The notes beneath the pieces were generated by a model. That model was not told where the DNA came from and searched no databases. It saw only the letters and a program-made list of their open reading frames with translations. From Myxococcota bacterium (GTDB taxonomy: Bacteria; Myxococcota; Kuafuiibacteriia; Kuafuiibacteriales; Kuafuiibacteriaceae): a DNA stretch of 64,000 nt. The stretch is taken from assembly GCA_036337945.1 (NCBI GenBank), contig JAYZDF010000029.1, forward strand, positions 19,040-83,039. Direction: 5' to 3'. Positions 36,538 to 46,527 of this stretch are shown here, piece after piece; position 1 is the first letter of the stretch; each line of letters opens with the position of its first letter. The translations under genes and the position numbers were made by a program.

Positions 36538-39344
36538 GAGGAAATTGTCGCACCAATATCCGCGTAAGAAAGGGAGCTCGATGAACTACTAAACTCATCA
36601 TTCGCACTATACAGTCTTGTTCCTGATAACACCGAAGTTTTCTGTTCAAGCGCTAAATTCACCACGGATTGCCTCACGGGGCGGTCAGGAATCCTCACAA
36701 CCAACGTCATACCCTGAGCGGTCATAAAATCTAACCAGGCCTCTTCGGCTCCCAACATCATAACATCCGTATACAGATTGTGGACCTGGTCCCATGACGA
36801 CGCGAGTTCGACTACAGCATCAAACCGTCCACCGGTTACCGTAGATTCAGAAGTAATTATTTTCCGGCCTCCACACTCGGCAGCTAATGCCGCCATGTGA
36901 TTTTTTCGAACGTGAATGAGCTGTTCATGCTGAGCGTGAAGTATATAGAGTGCATCCCAATTTTCTTCGTGGCGAAGGATTCGCGCCGCGCCAATCCCAA
37001 GTGGAGACTTAGAGACTCTACGGCCAAACCGGATTGCCTCCTCAGCGTCATTGAAGCGGTATCCCACGGGCTCTGTGAATCGAGGAAGTTCTACTACCCT
37101 TAGGACTGCTCGCGTCATCACACCCCATCTTCCTGCGCCGCCGATAAATGCACGGTCAAGTTCAGGCCCAACAGCAGAACGCGGGACGGGACGAGTCTCA
37201 ACGACCGTGCCATCACACAACAGACCCCGCACAGCGACACAGACACCATCGAGATCTCCGAAGCCATTTGAACGACGTATAAAAGTATTGAATGCCAAGC
37301 CCGCTCCAATACTCCGGCCTAGGCAACGTGGATGAACATGCCCCAAGGTCAAACCTTGTTTGCGTAAGACTGCCTCAAGTTCATGAACAGCAATTCCCGC
37401 CTCAACCTCAACAAAGAGAGATTTCTTACTCAATCGGACGACACCATTTAAACCAGTCAAATCTAAATGCAAAGAACCCATGGGAGAGCGGAAACCAGTC
37501 TGATCACTACTTACGGTCACCTGTCGACGGTTCGCTTCCCGAAGCACGGCCGCAAGAGAATTTTCATCCGCTGCGCGAATTGAGGTTCGCCCTCCTTTCT
37601 TTATCACGTTGCTCGCACCAACCGCCGCCTGAATCTCCTCTGGCAACACGCGGCGAGTTTTTACTCGTGCATGAGAAGAATATGTGCGCCGAACTTTTTT
37701 CGCTTCTAGACCAAGCTTTCCGGGGTTCAATATCGCTTGAGGATCAAATCCGGCTTTGAGGGCCCGAAGCACAGTCATCCCGCCGCGGCCGTGTTCTTTT
37801 TCCATGGCGCTGCCCTTCAAAATGCCGATGCCGTGATGATGAGAGACTGTGCCGCCCGCATCATTCGCAGCAGGAAGTGCCGCTGCCCAAATACGATCGT
37901 AGCGCTCAAGAATTGTATTGGGATCACGAGGGTCCTCGGCTGCCCCAGCAAACGTAAAATAAATCGAACACCCATCTGGATATGCATGAGAGAAGTGAGC
38001 CATCACAAAAGCTTCTTTGCTTATTGCTCTACGAACCGATTGGTAGACAGGCAGTAGACGTTCCCAATTTGCCGCGACTTCCATCGTATCCGTGAACACG
38101 CCAGAAGCATATGCTTTTGATTGTTTGTACGAGACGTTGTGCCTGTTCGCCAACCAGTGTAAGCCTGGCGCCTCGCCCAGATCTTCTGCGCCCAACTCGG
38201 AACAAAGCGACATACCTATATCCATCTCAGACCGAATAAGACCAGACTGCCCCTCAAAGCCAAGAATCAACAAGCATTGCTCTGGCAAGGCATCGATTGC
38301 TCGATTCAATAAAAGGGGCGTCCCAACGACTGCGGAAACCGTCTTTCGAATCATCGCTTGCGCGAGCCGTCTGCCCAACCGGTTTTCCGCAAACTTTTCC
38401 GTCCGCAGGCGCGACTTGAGAATTTTTGAAAGATTTTCGAAGGAAAAAGCTTCTGAATTCTCGTCGCCTGCATCGCTTTTGCTGTGGCCTCTCCCGATAA
38501 AGGTATCTAGTGCGTCGTATAAGCGGACAACCGCCGGTTTCAGACCACTGCGAAGCATTCTCCGAATCGCAGTAATCCCTGCTTCAACGTTTGGAAAACG
38601 AAAGCCTCGAAATAGCCGAGACTCTGGGAACGGATGGATTCGCAAAGTTGCCGCTGTAATTGCTCCGAATACCCCCTCTGAGCCCATCATCAATGCGTTA
38701 TAGTTCACGGACAAGCCTGCTCTCGGCGCACTTGTGAGTCTTCGAACTCGCCCCGGAGACGCGGTCTCAAGACCAAGAACCATGTCTTCGATTTTGCCGT
38801 AGAAGGTAGACGTCTGTCCGGCACTGCGTGCCGCGAGCCAGCCTCCAAGTGTAGAGCACACGATGGAGGATGGAAAATGACCGAGAGTGTAACCGCGCTG
38901 ATTCAAGCGTCGCTCAAGTCGTTCACCTATGATGCCAGTTTCGACCTCAGCGCTAAGATTAATTTCATCTATTCGACGAATCGCTTTCATTCTCTTGAAG
39001 TCGATCGTAATTCCACCATCGACAGGACGTGCGCCACCACAAACGCCAGAGCCTGCTCCGTAGGGGACCACCGGAATCCCCAGCTCGGATGCAAGCAGTA
39101 AGATTTTGCTCACCTCTTCGGCCGTCTCAGGCCATACTATACAAGCAGGGGAAGCAGGGATCATGCCAGCTCTCATTTGGATCAGGTCACGTGGCCAACA
39201 ATCACGCGAATATGCAAAACGGTCACTTTCCGATGCGGACACGGCGTGCGCTCCGACAATCCTTGCAAGCTTGACCAATAACGGTGGGCTCGCAGATGAA
39301 AATGGAAGATTAGTCATTTCCACCGTAAATAAAGCCCGAGACAA
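36495..39344 (-). CDS. fused double FAD-linked oxidase (GlcD-like + GlcE-like halves)
   Basis: A 949 aa protein with two PCMH-type FAD-binding modules (first: VVPYGAGSGVCGG; second half repeats the fold). The C-terminal oxidase domain ends around HHHGIG. Confidence 0.7.
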   Translation of the reverse strand: MSRALFTVEMTNLPFSSASPPLLVKLARIVGAHAVSASESDRFAYSRDCWPRDLIQMRAGMIPASPACIVWPETAEEVSKILLLASELGIPVVPYGAGSGVCGGARPVDGGITIDFKRMKAIRRIDEINLSAEVETGIIGERLERRLNQRGYTLGHFPSSIVCSTLGGWLAARSAGQTSTFYGKIEDMVLGLETASPGRVRRLTSAPRAGLSVNYNALMMGSEGVFGAITAATLRIHPFPESRLFRGFRFPNVEAGITAIRRMLRSGLKPAVVRLYDALDTFIGRGHSKSDAGDENSEAFSFENLSKILKSRLRTEKFAENRLGRRLAQAMIRKTVSAVVGTPLLLNRAIDALPEQCLLILGFEGQSGLIRSEMDIGMSLCSELGAEDLGEAPGLHWLANRHNVSYKQSKAYASGVFTDTMEVAANWERLLPVYQSVRRAISKEAFVMAHFSHAYPDGCSIYFTFAGAAEDPRDPNTILERYDRIWAAALPAANDAGGTVSHHHGIGILKGSAMEKEHGRGGMTVLRALKAGFDPQAILNPGKLGLEAKKVRRTYSSHARVKTRRVLPEEIQAAVGASNVIKKGGRTSIRAADENSLAAVLREANRRQVTVSSDQTGFRSPMGSLHLDLTGLNGVVRLSKKSLFVEVEAGIAVHELEAVLRKQGLTLGHVHPRCLGRSIGAGLAFNTFIRRSNGFGDLDGVCVAVRGLLCDGTVVETRPVPRSAVGPELDRAFIGGAGRWGVMTRAVLRVVELPRFTEPVGYRFNDAEEAIRFGRRVSKSPLGIGAARILRHEENWDALYILHAQHEQLIHVRKNHMAALAAECGGRKIITSESTVTGGRFDAVVELASSWDQVHNLYTDVMMLGAEEAWLDFMTAQGMTLVVRIPDRPVRQSVVNLALEQKTSVLSGTRLYSANDEFSSSSSSLSYADIGATISSCIDPGGMFKGRQS

Positions 39345-39474
39345 ACTGAGAGTCCAGTGCCACCTATGCAGCGCGTCAAATATATGGCTTCCGGGCCCAA
39401 ATGTACGGTCCTAGCCCGGTGGAATACCAAGGCCTCGGTTTGCAAATAGGAGCGTCTCTAGTAGAGCCATAGAT

Positions 39475-41001
39475 GTGATATTTATTGACGGACAAGGCCT
39501 GACTATTGAGCAGGTTGCCGACGTGGCCTACCAAGAGGTGCTCGTTCAGCTCGATCCTTCAGCCGAAGCAAGAGTACGCCGTGCCCGCGCTTTAGTTGAT
39601 TCCTATGCGAGGAGCGGTAACGCGGTCTATGGGATCAATACCGGGTTCGGATATCTCAAAAACGTCCGAATCGAGAATGACCAACTCGATATCCTGCAAC
39701 TAAACCTAATTCGGAGTCATGCGGTCGGCGTTGGCGCACCCTTGAGCGAGGCCCAGACCCGGGCACTGATGGTTCTTCGGGCTAACGTTCTTGCTACAGG
39801 ACGCTCAGGCGTACACTTGGAGACATTGACGCTCCTTCTAGATCTGCTCAATCACAAAATCCACCCCGTCATCCCCTGTAAAGGAAGTGTGGGTGCTTCT
39901 GGAGACCTTGCACCGCTAGCGCATCTCGCTCTTACTATGATCGGTGAAGGCACGGTCGTTTACAAAGGAAAGGAAGTACCCAGTATAGAAGCTCTGCAAG
40001 CTGAGAACCTGAGCCCGATTAGGCCGGGCCCTAAAGAAGGCCTGTGTTTAGTCAATGGAACGCAAGCCATGAGCGCTTTGGCCTGTCTCGCAATAATAGA
40101 AGCAGAAAATCTATGCTTGGAAGCGGACATAATAGGCGCAGCTAGTGTAGAAGGACGAAGAGGAACCGCAACCGCATTCGAGGCACTAATCCACAATAGC
40201 CGACCGCATCCAGGCCAACGCGAATCAGCCCGTCATCTCCGACAACTCCTAGACTCAAGCGAAATTGCACAGAGTCATGAAGATTGTGACAGCATTCAAG
40301 ACCCTTACAGTCTTCGATGTATGCCTCAGGTTCATGGAGCTGTCCGAGACGTGATCCAAAACGTGAGACGAACGGTCGAAATCGAGATAAACTCCGCCAC
40401 TGACAACCCCTTGGTTTTTGCAGAGGAGAATGAAGGAGACCGCCTTATTTCTGGTGGAAACTTCCACGGACAGCCGCTCGCATTTGCTATGGACTTTCTC
40501 GCGATCGCTGTCTCCGAGCTGGCCTCAATTTCAGAGCGTCGAGTCGAACAACTCATCGACCCAGCACTCAGTGGATTACCGGCGTTTCTGCTGGAGACAT
40601 CGGGACTCAACTCAGGATTCATGATGGCTCAAGTCACCGCAGCAAGTCTCGTCAACGAGAATAAAGTTTTATGCACGCCGGCTTCCGTCGACTCTATACC
40701 AACTAGTGCAAACCAGGAAGACCACGTTTCAATGGGAATGACTTCCGCTCGAAAAGCGCTTGAAGTCATTGAAAATACCCGTTTCTGCCTAGCAATCGAA
40801 ATGTTGTGCGCTTGCCAGGCAATCGACCTCATCAAATTGAAACCGGGTGTCGGGGTACAAGCAGCCTATGATACATTACGAAGCAAAGTGAAAGAACTAC
40901 AAGAAGACCGCGTGCTTCACCAAGACATTGACGCTGCGACCGAACTACTCGCCCGTGGGGAAGTAAGAGCAGCGGTATCAAAGGCCCTGACAAATAAGTG
41001 A
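39475..41001 (+). CDS. hutH: histidine ammonia-lyase
   Basis: MIO-forming ASG triad (GSVGASGDLAPLAHLA). Ser-His at the substrate-selectivity position (IRSHAVG) is typical of HAL rather than PAL/TAL. Confidence 0.85.
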   Translation: MIFIDGQGLTIEQVADVAYQEVLVQLDPSAEARVRRARALVDSYARSGNAVYGINTGFGYLKNVRIENDQLDILQLNLIRSHAVGVGAPLSEAQTRALMVLRANVLATGRSGVHLETLTLLLDLLNHKIHPVIPCKGSVGASGDLAPLAHLALTMIGEGTVVYKGKEVPSIEALQAENLSPIRPGPKEGLCLVNGTQAMSALACLAIIEAENLCLEADIIGAASVEGRRGTATAFEALIHNSRPHPGQRESARHLRQLLDSSEIAQSHEDCDSIQDPYSLRCMPQVHGAVRDVIQNVRRTVEIEINSATDNPLVFAEENEGDRLISGGNFHGQPLAFAMDFLAIAVSELASISERRVEQLIDPALSGLPAFLLETSGLNSGFMMAQVTAASLVNENKVLCTPASVDSIPTSANQEDHVSMGMTSARKALEVIENTRFCLAIEMLCACQAIDLIKLKPGVGVQAAYDTLRSKVKELQEDRVLHQDIDAATELLARGEVRAAVSKALTNK

Positions 41002-41010
41002 GATTTCTTC

Positions 41011-42294
41011 ATGCATCAAGCCAATCATGCATTCAAAGTCGTCTATCGCTCGTTGCGAAAACTCAATGAAGACCACCAGTCACACATCACGCACGGCGGT
41101 ATTCTCGTTCCCAAGCCCCGTGAGATACCAGCCGTAAACACAATCTGCCTTCTTCGCCTTGAACTCCCTAGCGGTGCGTATTTCGATTTCCCTTCCCGAG
41201 TAGTTCACCAGCTACCAGGTCAAGGTTTCATCGCCGCGTTCGAACCAGGCGCGTCAAACAGTCAGCATGCACTCGACGAGCTCATTCTTACAGAAGACTT
41301 CAAAGCAGCACTACGAAACGAAGCTAGCATTGAGCTCATAGACACAGAAGTTGAAAAGTTTGATCCTGAGGAAAGCAGTCGCAACTCCGCCGACGAACTT
41401 GGTGACGACACCTTAGATGATGACACCGACCAGAGAGTAACGGCGGCTCTCTCAGAGGAAATGACGGCGGCACAGGCAAACGCGAACGAGTCAGCAAAGA
41501 TAGCCAATCCGGTCCCTGGTGAAACATTGATTGTATACGTCGTCAACTTTGCCACGCTCCTAGACTTCATTCCTCACACCGAAGACTACTCAACCAATTC
41601 AATCATTACACTCAACGTGCCCAATGAAACAGCAAAGCCAGGAACGGCGTCCGAAGTTCGCATTAATCTACCCGGCAAAAACACTTTTCAAATATTTGGT
41701 CGAATTAAGTCCGTTGAAGCGCACAAGGTAACCATCAATGTAAACTCCGATGACCCAAACTTTATCGGAGCCATACATTTTCCACGAACGATGCGTGGTC
41801 AAAAACGACTTGCGAGCGAACAAGAGGCGCATCGTGCGCCAATAAAAATCACTCGCATGCAAACAGAGATTGCCAGTAACGACGAAGAAAAAATGCCGTT
41901 ACGTCGTCGACTCCAGCGAATGACAATGGATGACAAGATAAATCTCGCCCTGTCAGGCGATCGTGAAGCTCGAATGGCTTTAGCAACGGATGGCAACAAA
42001 GCCATTCATCATTACCTTTTGAAGAATGCCAAGATCTCTATGGATGAAATCGTAATGATGGCACGATTGGCTACTCTGAATCCTGATGTCCTGAAAAAAA
42101 TCGCCGAAAATCCAGCCTACACGCAAAATCCTCAAGTCGTTAAGAACCTTGTCTTCAACCCTAAAACGCCTGCAAAAAATGCGGTTCGCCTCATTGATCG
42201 TTTGCCACGAAACGTTTTGAACATGATTGCCAAGCGCCCCAGTATGAATCGAGCTCTCGTCGCTGCAGCTCAGAAGAAACTTGGCCGCAAATAG
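41011..42294 (+). CDS. hypothetical protein (possible degenerate PilZ-like N-terminal modules; C-terminal helical repeats)
   Basis: A 427 aa protein starting 10 nt after hutH. It has two beta-rich modules and a C-terminal region with repeated helical units (NPDVLKKIAENPAYTQNPQVVKNLVFNPKTP). No confident family. Confidence 0.3.
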   Translation: MHQANHAFKVVYRSLRKLNEDHQSHITHGGILVPKPREIPAVNTICLLRLELPSGAYFDFPSRVVHQLPGQGFIAAFEPGASNSQHALDELILTEDFKAALRNEASIELIDTEVEKFDPEESSRNSADELGDDTLDDDTDQRVTAALSEEMTAAQANANESAKIANPVPGETLIVYVVNFATLLDFIPHTEDYSTNSIITLNVPNETAKPGTASEVRINLPGKNTFQIFGRIKSVEAHKVTINVNSDDPNFIGAIHFPRTMRGQKRLASEQEAHRAPIKITRMQTEIASNDEEKMPLRRRLQRMTMDDKINLALSGDREARMALATDGNKAIHHYLLKNAKISMDEIVMMARLATLNPDVLKKIAENPAYTQNPQVVKNLVFNPKTPAKNAVRLIDRLPRNVLNMIAKRPSMNRALVAAAQKKLGRK

Positions 42295-42326
42295 AACAGA
42301 CCTATTCTGCAAGAAGAGTAACGAGC

Positions 42327-44183
42327 CTAGTCTAGTTCTACAGGAGGAGCGGACTCAATGAAGACCTCACCAAGTTGTTTGTCATCCACTGGAGTTGGAC
42401 ATTGAGTCATAAGACATGTTCCGCGCTGGGTTTTTGGGAACGGAATCACATCGCGTAGTGAGGTAGCTCCAGAAAGAAGCATCGCAATCCGGTCCATCCC
42501 TGCAGCGATACCCGCATGCGGAGGTGCACCGTACGAAAGCGCATCGAGTAGGAAACCAAACTTTTCTCGCTTTTCCTCGTCAGAAATACCGAGCGCCTCG
42601 AAGACTTTGCGTTGGACATCAGCGTCATGAATACGCACTGAACCACCGGCAATTTCATTACCATTGAGGACCAGGTCGTAGGCTCGAGCTTTACAAGATG
42701 CGGGATCACTCACGAGACGATCAACATCCTCGTCGCGCGGACACGTAAACGGGTGATGGGCAGCTGCGTATGAGTCCGTCGCATCATCGTATTCAAAAAC
42801 AGGGAATTCAGTTACCCAGAGAATCTCCCAGCGAGAGTTATCAATCAGATCAAACTTGCGTCCAAGCAAGAGACGAAGGTGATTCAATACAGTGTGAACA
42901 AGCTTCGGCGCACCGAATTGAAACAAAATCAAGTCACCTTCCTGACCACCAACTGCATCGTTTATCGCGCTTCGAAGGTCATCAGAGATAACTTTGGCGA
43001 ACGGCGACTGAGTCCAATTACCCGCCTCACCTATTTTGGCACGTCCAAGGCCGCGGGCACCAACACTCTTGCCCTCTTTCTCGAGTTTATCCAAGTCGGA
43101 GCGGCTGAGTTTGTGCTCTTTTGGAACACGCATAGCCTTGATCATCCCTCCCGTTTCAAGTGTTTGGTTGAAGAAAGGAACGCCTCCGCCTTCGTGTTTG
43201 GCAATCAAGTCTGTCAGAACAGTGTGTTCTAGGCCGAAACGTAGATCAGGCTTATCGCTCCCGAAGCGACGCATCGCTTCATCGTATGTCATCACCGGAA
43301 ACTTCTCGGGAAGATCAACGTCAATAACGTTCTTGAATACTCGGCGCATTACAGTTTCCATGACGAAATGCACGTCGTCCATGTCCGCGAATGCCAACTC
43401 TAAATCGATCTGGGTAAATTCGGGTTGTCGATCTTGCCGCAGGTCTTCATCACGAAAACATTTCGTAATCTGAAAATAGCGATCAAAACCAGAAATCATG
43501 AACAATTGCTTATAGAGCTGGGGGCTCTCGGCGAGCGCGTAAAAGGAGCCCGGCGTAAGTCTGGAGGGAACGATAAAGTTTCGAGCGCCGCCCGGGGTGT
43601 ATTTCACCATGTACGGCGTCTCTAGCTCAAGAAAACCGAGCTCGTGCAAGGTTTGTCTCGCCGTCTGACTAATCTGTGAACGAATCAGAAAGTTGTTCTG
43701 AACTTTGGGGCGACGTAAATCTAGGTATCGGTATCTAAGTCGCTTCTCCTCAGAAGTATCAATTTCGTCGTCCACGAGGAACGGCGGAGTCAGACTCTGA
43801 TTGAAGACTGTTATATAAGACGCTACCACTTCAATCTCACCCGTGGGTAGATTAGGATTCTTATTTTCGCCGCGAGAACGAACTTTACCGACTACTCCTA
43901 CAACCCATTCTGACCGTAGTCGGTCAGCGATTTCGTGACATTTCGGGTCTATCGATTGGTCAAAAACAATCTGAGCAAGTCCTGTGCGATCACGTAAATC
44001 GATAAAGACGGCACCACCAAGGTCACGGTACGAGTGAACCCAACCCATCAGAACTACTTCGTCGTCTATGTTGGTTGCGCGAAGATCGCCACACATGTGG
44101 CTACGTTTAAGATCGCGAACCAGTTCAGGTCCTTCCATGTGAGGGACAGGACCGCGTTCTTCTACTTCTGTAGTTTCACTCAT
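42327..44183 (-). CDS. aspS: aspartate--tRNA ligase
   Basis: N-terminal anticodon-binding OB fold (VLMGWVHSYRDLGGAVFIDLRDRTG) and class II motifs (FQIDLELAF; GGSVRIHD...; GxGxDR in GIAAGMDRIAM). Confidence 0.95.
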   Translation of the reverse strand: MSETTEVEERGPVPHMEGPELVRDLKRSHMCGDLRATNIDDEVVLMGWVHSYRDLGGAVFIDLRDRTGLAQIVFDQSIDPKCHEIADRLRSEWVVGVVGKVRSRGENKNPNLPTGEIEVVASYITVFNQSLTPPFLVDDEIDTSEEKRLRYRYLDLRRPKVQNNFLIRSQISQTARQTLHELGFLELETPYMVKYTPGGARNFIVPSRLTPGSFYALAESPQLYKQLFMISGFDRYFQITKCFRDEDLRQDRQPEFTQIDLELAFADMDDVHFVMETVMRRVFKNVIDVDLPEKFPVMTYDEAMRRFGSDKPDLRFGLEHTVLTDLIAKHEGGGVPFFNQTLETGGMIKAMRVPKEHKLSRSDLDKLEKEGKSVGARGLGRAKIGEAGNWTQSPFAKVISDDLRSAINDAVGGQEGDLILFQFGAPKLVHTVLNHLRLLLGRKFDLIDNSRWEILWVTEFPVFEYDDATDSYAAAHHPFTCPRDEDVDRLVSDPASCKARAYDLVLNGNEIAGGSVRIHDADVQRKVFEALGISDEEKREKFGFLLDALSYGAPPHAGIAAGMDRIAMLLSGATSLRDVIPFPKTQRGTCLMTQCPTPVDDKQLGEVFIESAPPVELD

Positions 44184-44308
44184 GACACCCTGCGCCTAAC
44201 GCGACGGCTATGGTGGGTCAACGCAAGAAGAACACTCAGAAGCAGGGATTCTGCATATATCCAGAGCCAGCACGCATGGCATCCAGGGTTTTGTGATATA
44301 TTCTTCAG

Positions 44309-44590
44309 GTGGGAAACATATGGTCAGTCTATGACAAGGATGGTCGCTTAGTGTTAGGAATCAGCGATGAACCTGGCATATTCAATTTCGCCAAACCTCC
44401 CGCTGACGAGGTAGACCCCGTCGAGTGCGAATTTGGAACCTTTCAGTGCTATGACGTTCGAGTAGAATCGCAATTTCTAAGCTTATTGGACTCTATGCAT
44501 GACTTAGAAATGTTTTTTGAGGCCCTGCTTGATCAGGGGTACAACATCGTTGCAGGACAGCCCCGCCCCGGACACTTCGCGCGTTTATAG
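44309..44590 (+). CDS. small hypothetical protein
   Basis: A 93 aa ORF with no recognised domain. It is divergent from aspS. Confidence 0.3.
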   Translation: MGNIWSVYDKDGRLVLGISDEPGIFNFAKPPADEVDPVECEFGTFQCYDVRVESQFLSLLDSMHDLEMFFEALLDQGYNIVAGQPRPGHFARL

Positions 44591-44602
44591 TTCAGAACGA
44601 CG

Positions 44603-45661
44603 CTATTCTTTGCTGGCTTGTCTTTTTTTGTAGTCTGAAGGCCTAATCCCTCGACTAGCTACTTTCTTAACGGGTGCTTTTTTCTTAGAACCAGCGCGCG
44701 GGTGAGCCGATTTCTCAGCTTTTTGAGACTCTGATCTTCTGTTGTATTTCGTCTCCTCTCCGCGAGCCTTGAAGCGTTTCTTCTTCTCATTCTTTTTCTT
44801 ATTCGCAGCAGGTTTGGGGTGAGAGAGTCTTTGCTCTCCTGGCAAAGCACCTTTGCGACGACGAGCAGTACCAAGTTTGCGCCCCTCCGCTGCCATTACA
44901 TATTCGGGCTGCTTGGGGATAGAACGGGACATCCCAACCATTCTGTACAACGCTGTTAGCTCCGACGAGGTCAAATAACGATACTGACCAGGCCGAAGTT
45001 TGTCACAATCCACATGCGAAAAGCTCGTACGAACAACACGCAAAGGGCGATGCCCGATAGCCTCACACATCCGGCGAACCTGGCGCTTTTTACCTTCGGT
45101 AAGAATAACCTCAATCCATGATCGGCGAGGTAAAGTTTCAATCACATCGACGAGTGCCGGTTTGGTTTTGCCATCTTCAAGCTGAATTCCCTCTCGAAGA
45201 CGATCTAAAGCTGTGGAGGATGGGATACCCCCCACCTTCACATAATAAGACTTCGGAACCTTATATCGAGGATGAAGCAGCCGATTTGCTAACTCACCGT
45301 CCGTGGTCATCAGTAAGACGCCCTCGGTCGGATAATCGAGGCGGCCTACAGGAACCAAACGAAACGGCTCGTTCTTTATTAAATCTGCCACAGTTTCTCG
45401 GCCTTGAGGGTCTGACATCGTCGTCATAACGTCTGCGGGTTTATTGAGAACGATTGTCACCTTGTCCTGAAACTCAGCAATGAGCTTGCCTCGAACCATG
45501 ACTTGATCTGATTGCGGATCCACGAGCAAGCCAGCTTCTTCAACGACTCGACCATTTACTTTCACCTGACCCGCTTGAACAAGAGCATCTGCACCGCGCC
45601 GGGAAGAAACGCCGGCTCTAGCCAAAAATTTATTGATCCTAATTTGTTCTTGCTTGGCCAC
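44603..45661 (-). CDS. rluB: 23S rRNA pseudouridine synthase RluB, with Lys/Arg-rich C-terminal tail
   Basis: S4 domain (RINKFLARAGVSSRRGADALV) and the RsuA/RluB catalytic motif (PVGRLDYPTEGVLLMTTDGELA). The C-terminal tail of about 90 aa is basic. Confidence 0.85.
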   Translation of the reverse strand: MAKQEQIRINKFLARAGVSSRRGADALVQAGQVKVNGRVVEEAGLLVDPQSDQVMVRGKLIAEFQDKVTIVLNKPADVMTTMSDPQGRETVADLIKNEPFRLVPVGRLDYPTEGVLLMTTDGELANRLLHPRYKVPKSYYVKVGGIPSSTALDRLREGIQLEDGKTKPALVDVIETLPRRSWIEVILTEGKKRQVRRMCEAIGHRPLRVVRTSFSHVDCDKLRPGQYRYLTSSELTALYRMVGMSRSIPKQPEYVMAAEGRKLGTARRRKGALPGEQRLSHPKPAANKKKNEKKKRFKARGEETKYNRRSESQKAEKSAHPRAGSKKKAPVKKVASRGIRPSDYKKRQASKE

Positions 45662-45663
45662 AG

Positions 45664-46509
45664 CTAGCTCGTCGCCTGTTCTCGCGCAGGTTCTTCTTCT
45701 GGACTATTAGAAGGTTCCTTGGCTGAATTTTCCTCCGACGAAGACTTCGGTTTTTCACCTGACTCTTTCGATTTGGCGTCAAGCATGGACGAGGTGCTTT
45801 GTCGCACAGAGTCGGCTTGTTTAAGGGCTTCGTCGAGCTCATCGAGATCTGGGTCGTGGTCGCGATCAACTAGGAATTCAACTTTTCCAGCTAAGTCTTG
45901 GAGTGTGTTCGTTGGTTCAGGTTCATACAGCTCATCGACCTGTTGCTGGTGGGCAGGGTCAAGCTCGTGATATTCTCTGAGGCTAGGTAAGGCAGAAAGT
46001 GACCGAAGCCCAAACAGTTCTAAGAACGCTCTAGTCGTGCCGTAAAGCAAAGGACGGCCAACTTCATCCTTCTTACCAAGAATTCTGACTAAGTCTCGCT
46101 CCAGAAGCGCTTTGAGTGTGCTTCCCACATCTACACCACGCACGTTCTCAATCTCGGGTTTTGTACAAGGCTGACGGTAAGCAATAATAGCCAATGTTTC
46201 GAGCGCAGCTTTGGTAAGACGTTGAGGCCTCATTGCCAATAATCTTCGAATATATTGCGCGTTCTCTGAAGTCGTCCGCATTTGAAGACCACCGGCAACT
46301 TCATCGACTCGAACACCTTGACCGATTTTTCGCTCAGCGTTGTCATAATTCGCTTTTAGAGATTCTATGGCCGCTCGAATCTTTTCCTCTTTGGTGTTCT
46401 TATCTTCACCTTGGATGACTTCGACAAGGCGCGCCACGGGTAAAGGTTCCGAGGACACGAGCAACATCGATTCAATGATTGAGCACAGTCTTGATTCATT
46501 CAAAGCCAT
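45664..46509 (-). CDS. scpB: segregation and condensation protein B
   Basis: ScpB winged-helix pattern (IIESMLLVSSEPLPVARLVEV...; ITKPEIENVRGVDVGSTLKALLERDLV). An acidic C-terminal tail. Confidence 0.85.
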   Translation of the reverse strand: MALNESRLCSIIESMLLVSSEPLPVARLVEVIQGEDKNTKEEKIRAAIESLKANYDNAERKIGQGVRVDEVAGGLQMRTTSENAQYIRRLLAMRPQRLTKAALETLAIIAYRQPCTKPEIENVRGVDVGSTLKALLERDLVRILGKKDEVGRPLLYGTTRAFLELFGLRSLSALPSLREYHELDPAHQQQVDELYEPEPTNTLQDLAGKVEFLVDRDHDPDLDELDEALKQADSVRQSTSSMLDAKSKESGEKPKSSSEENSAKEPSNSPEEEPAREQATS

Positions 46510-46527
46510 AAACTTTTCCTATTTTCC

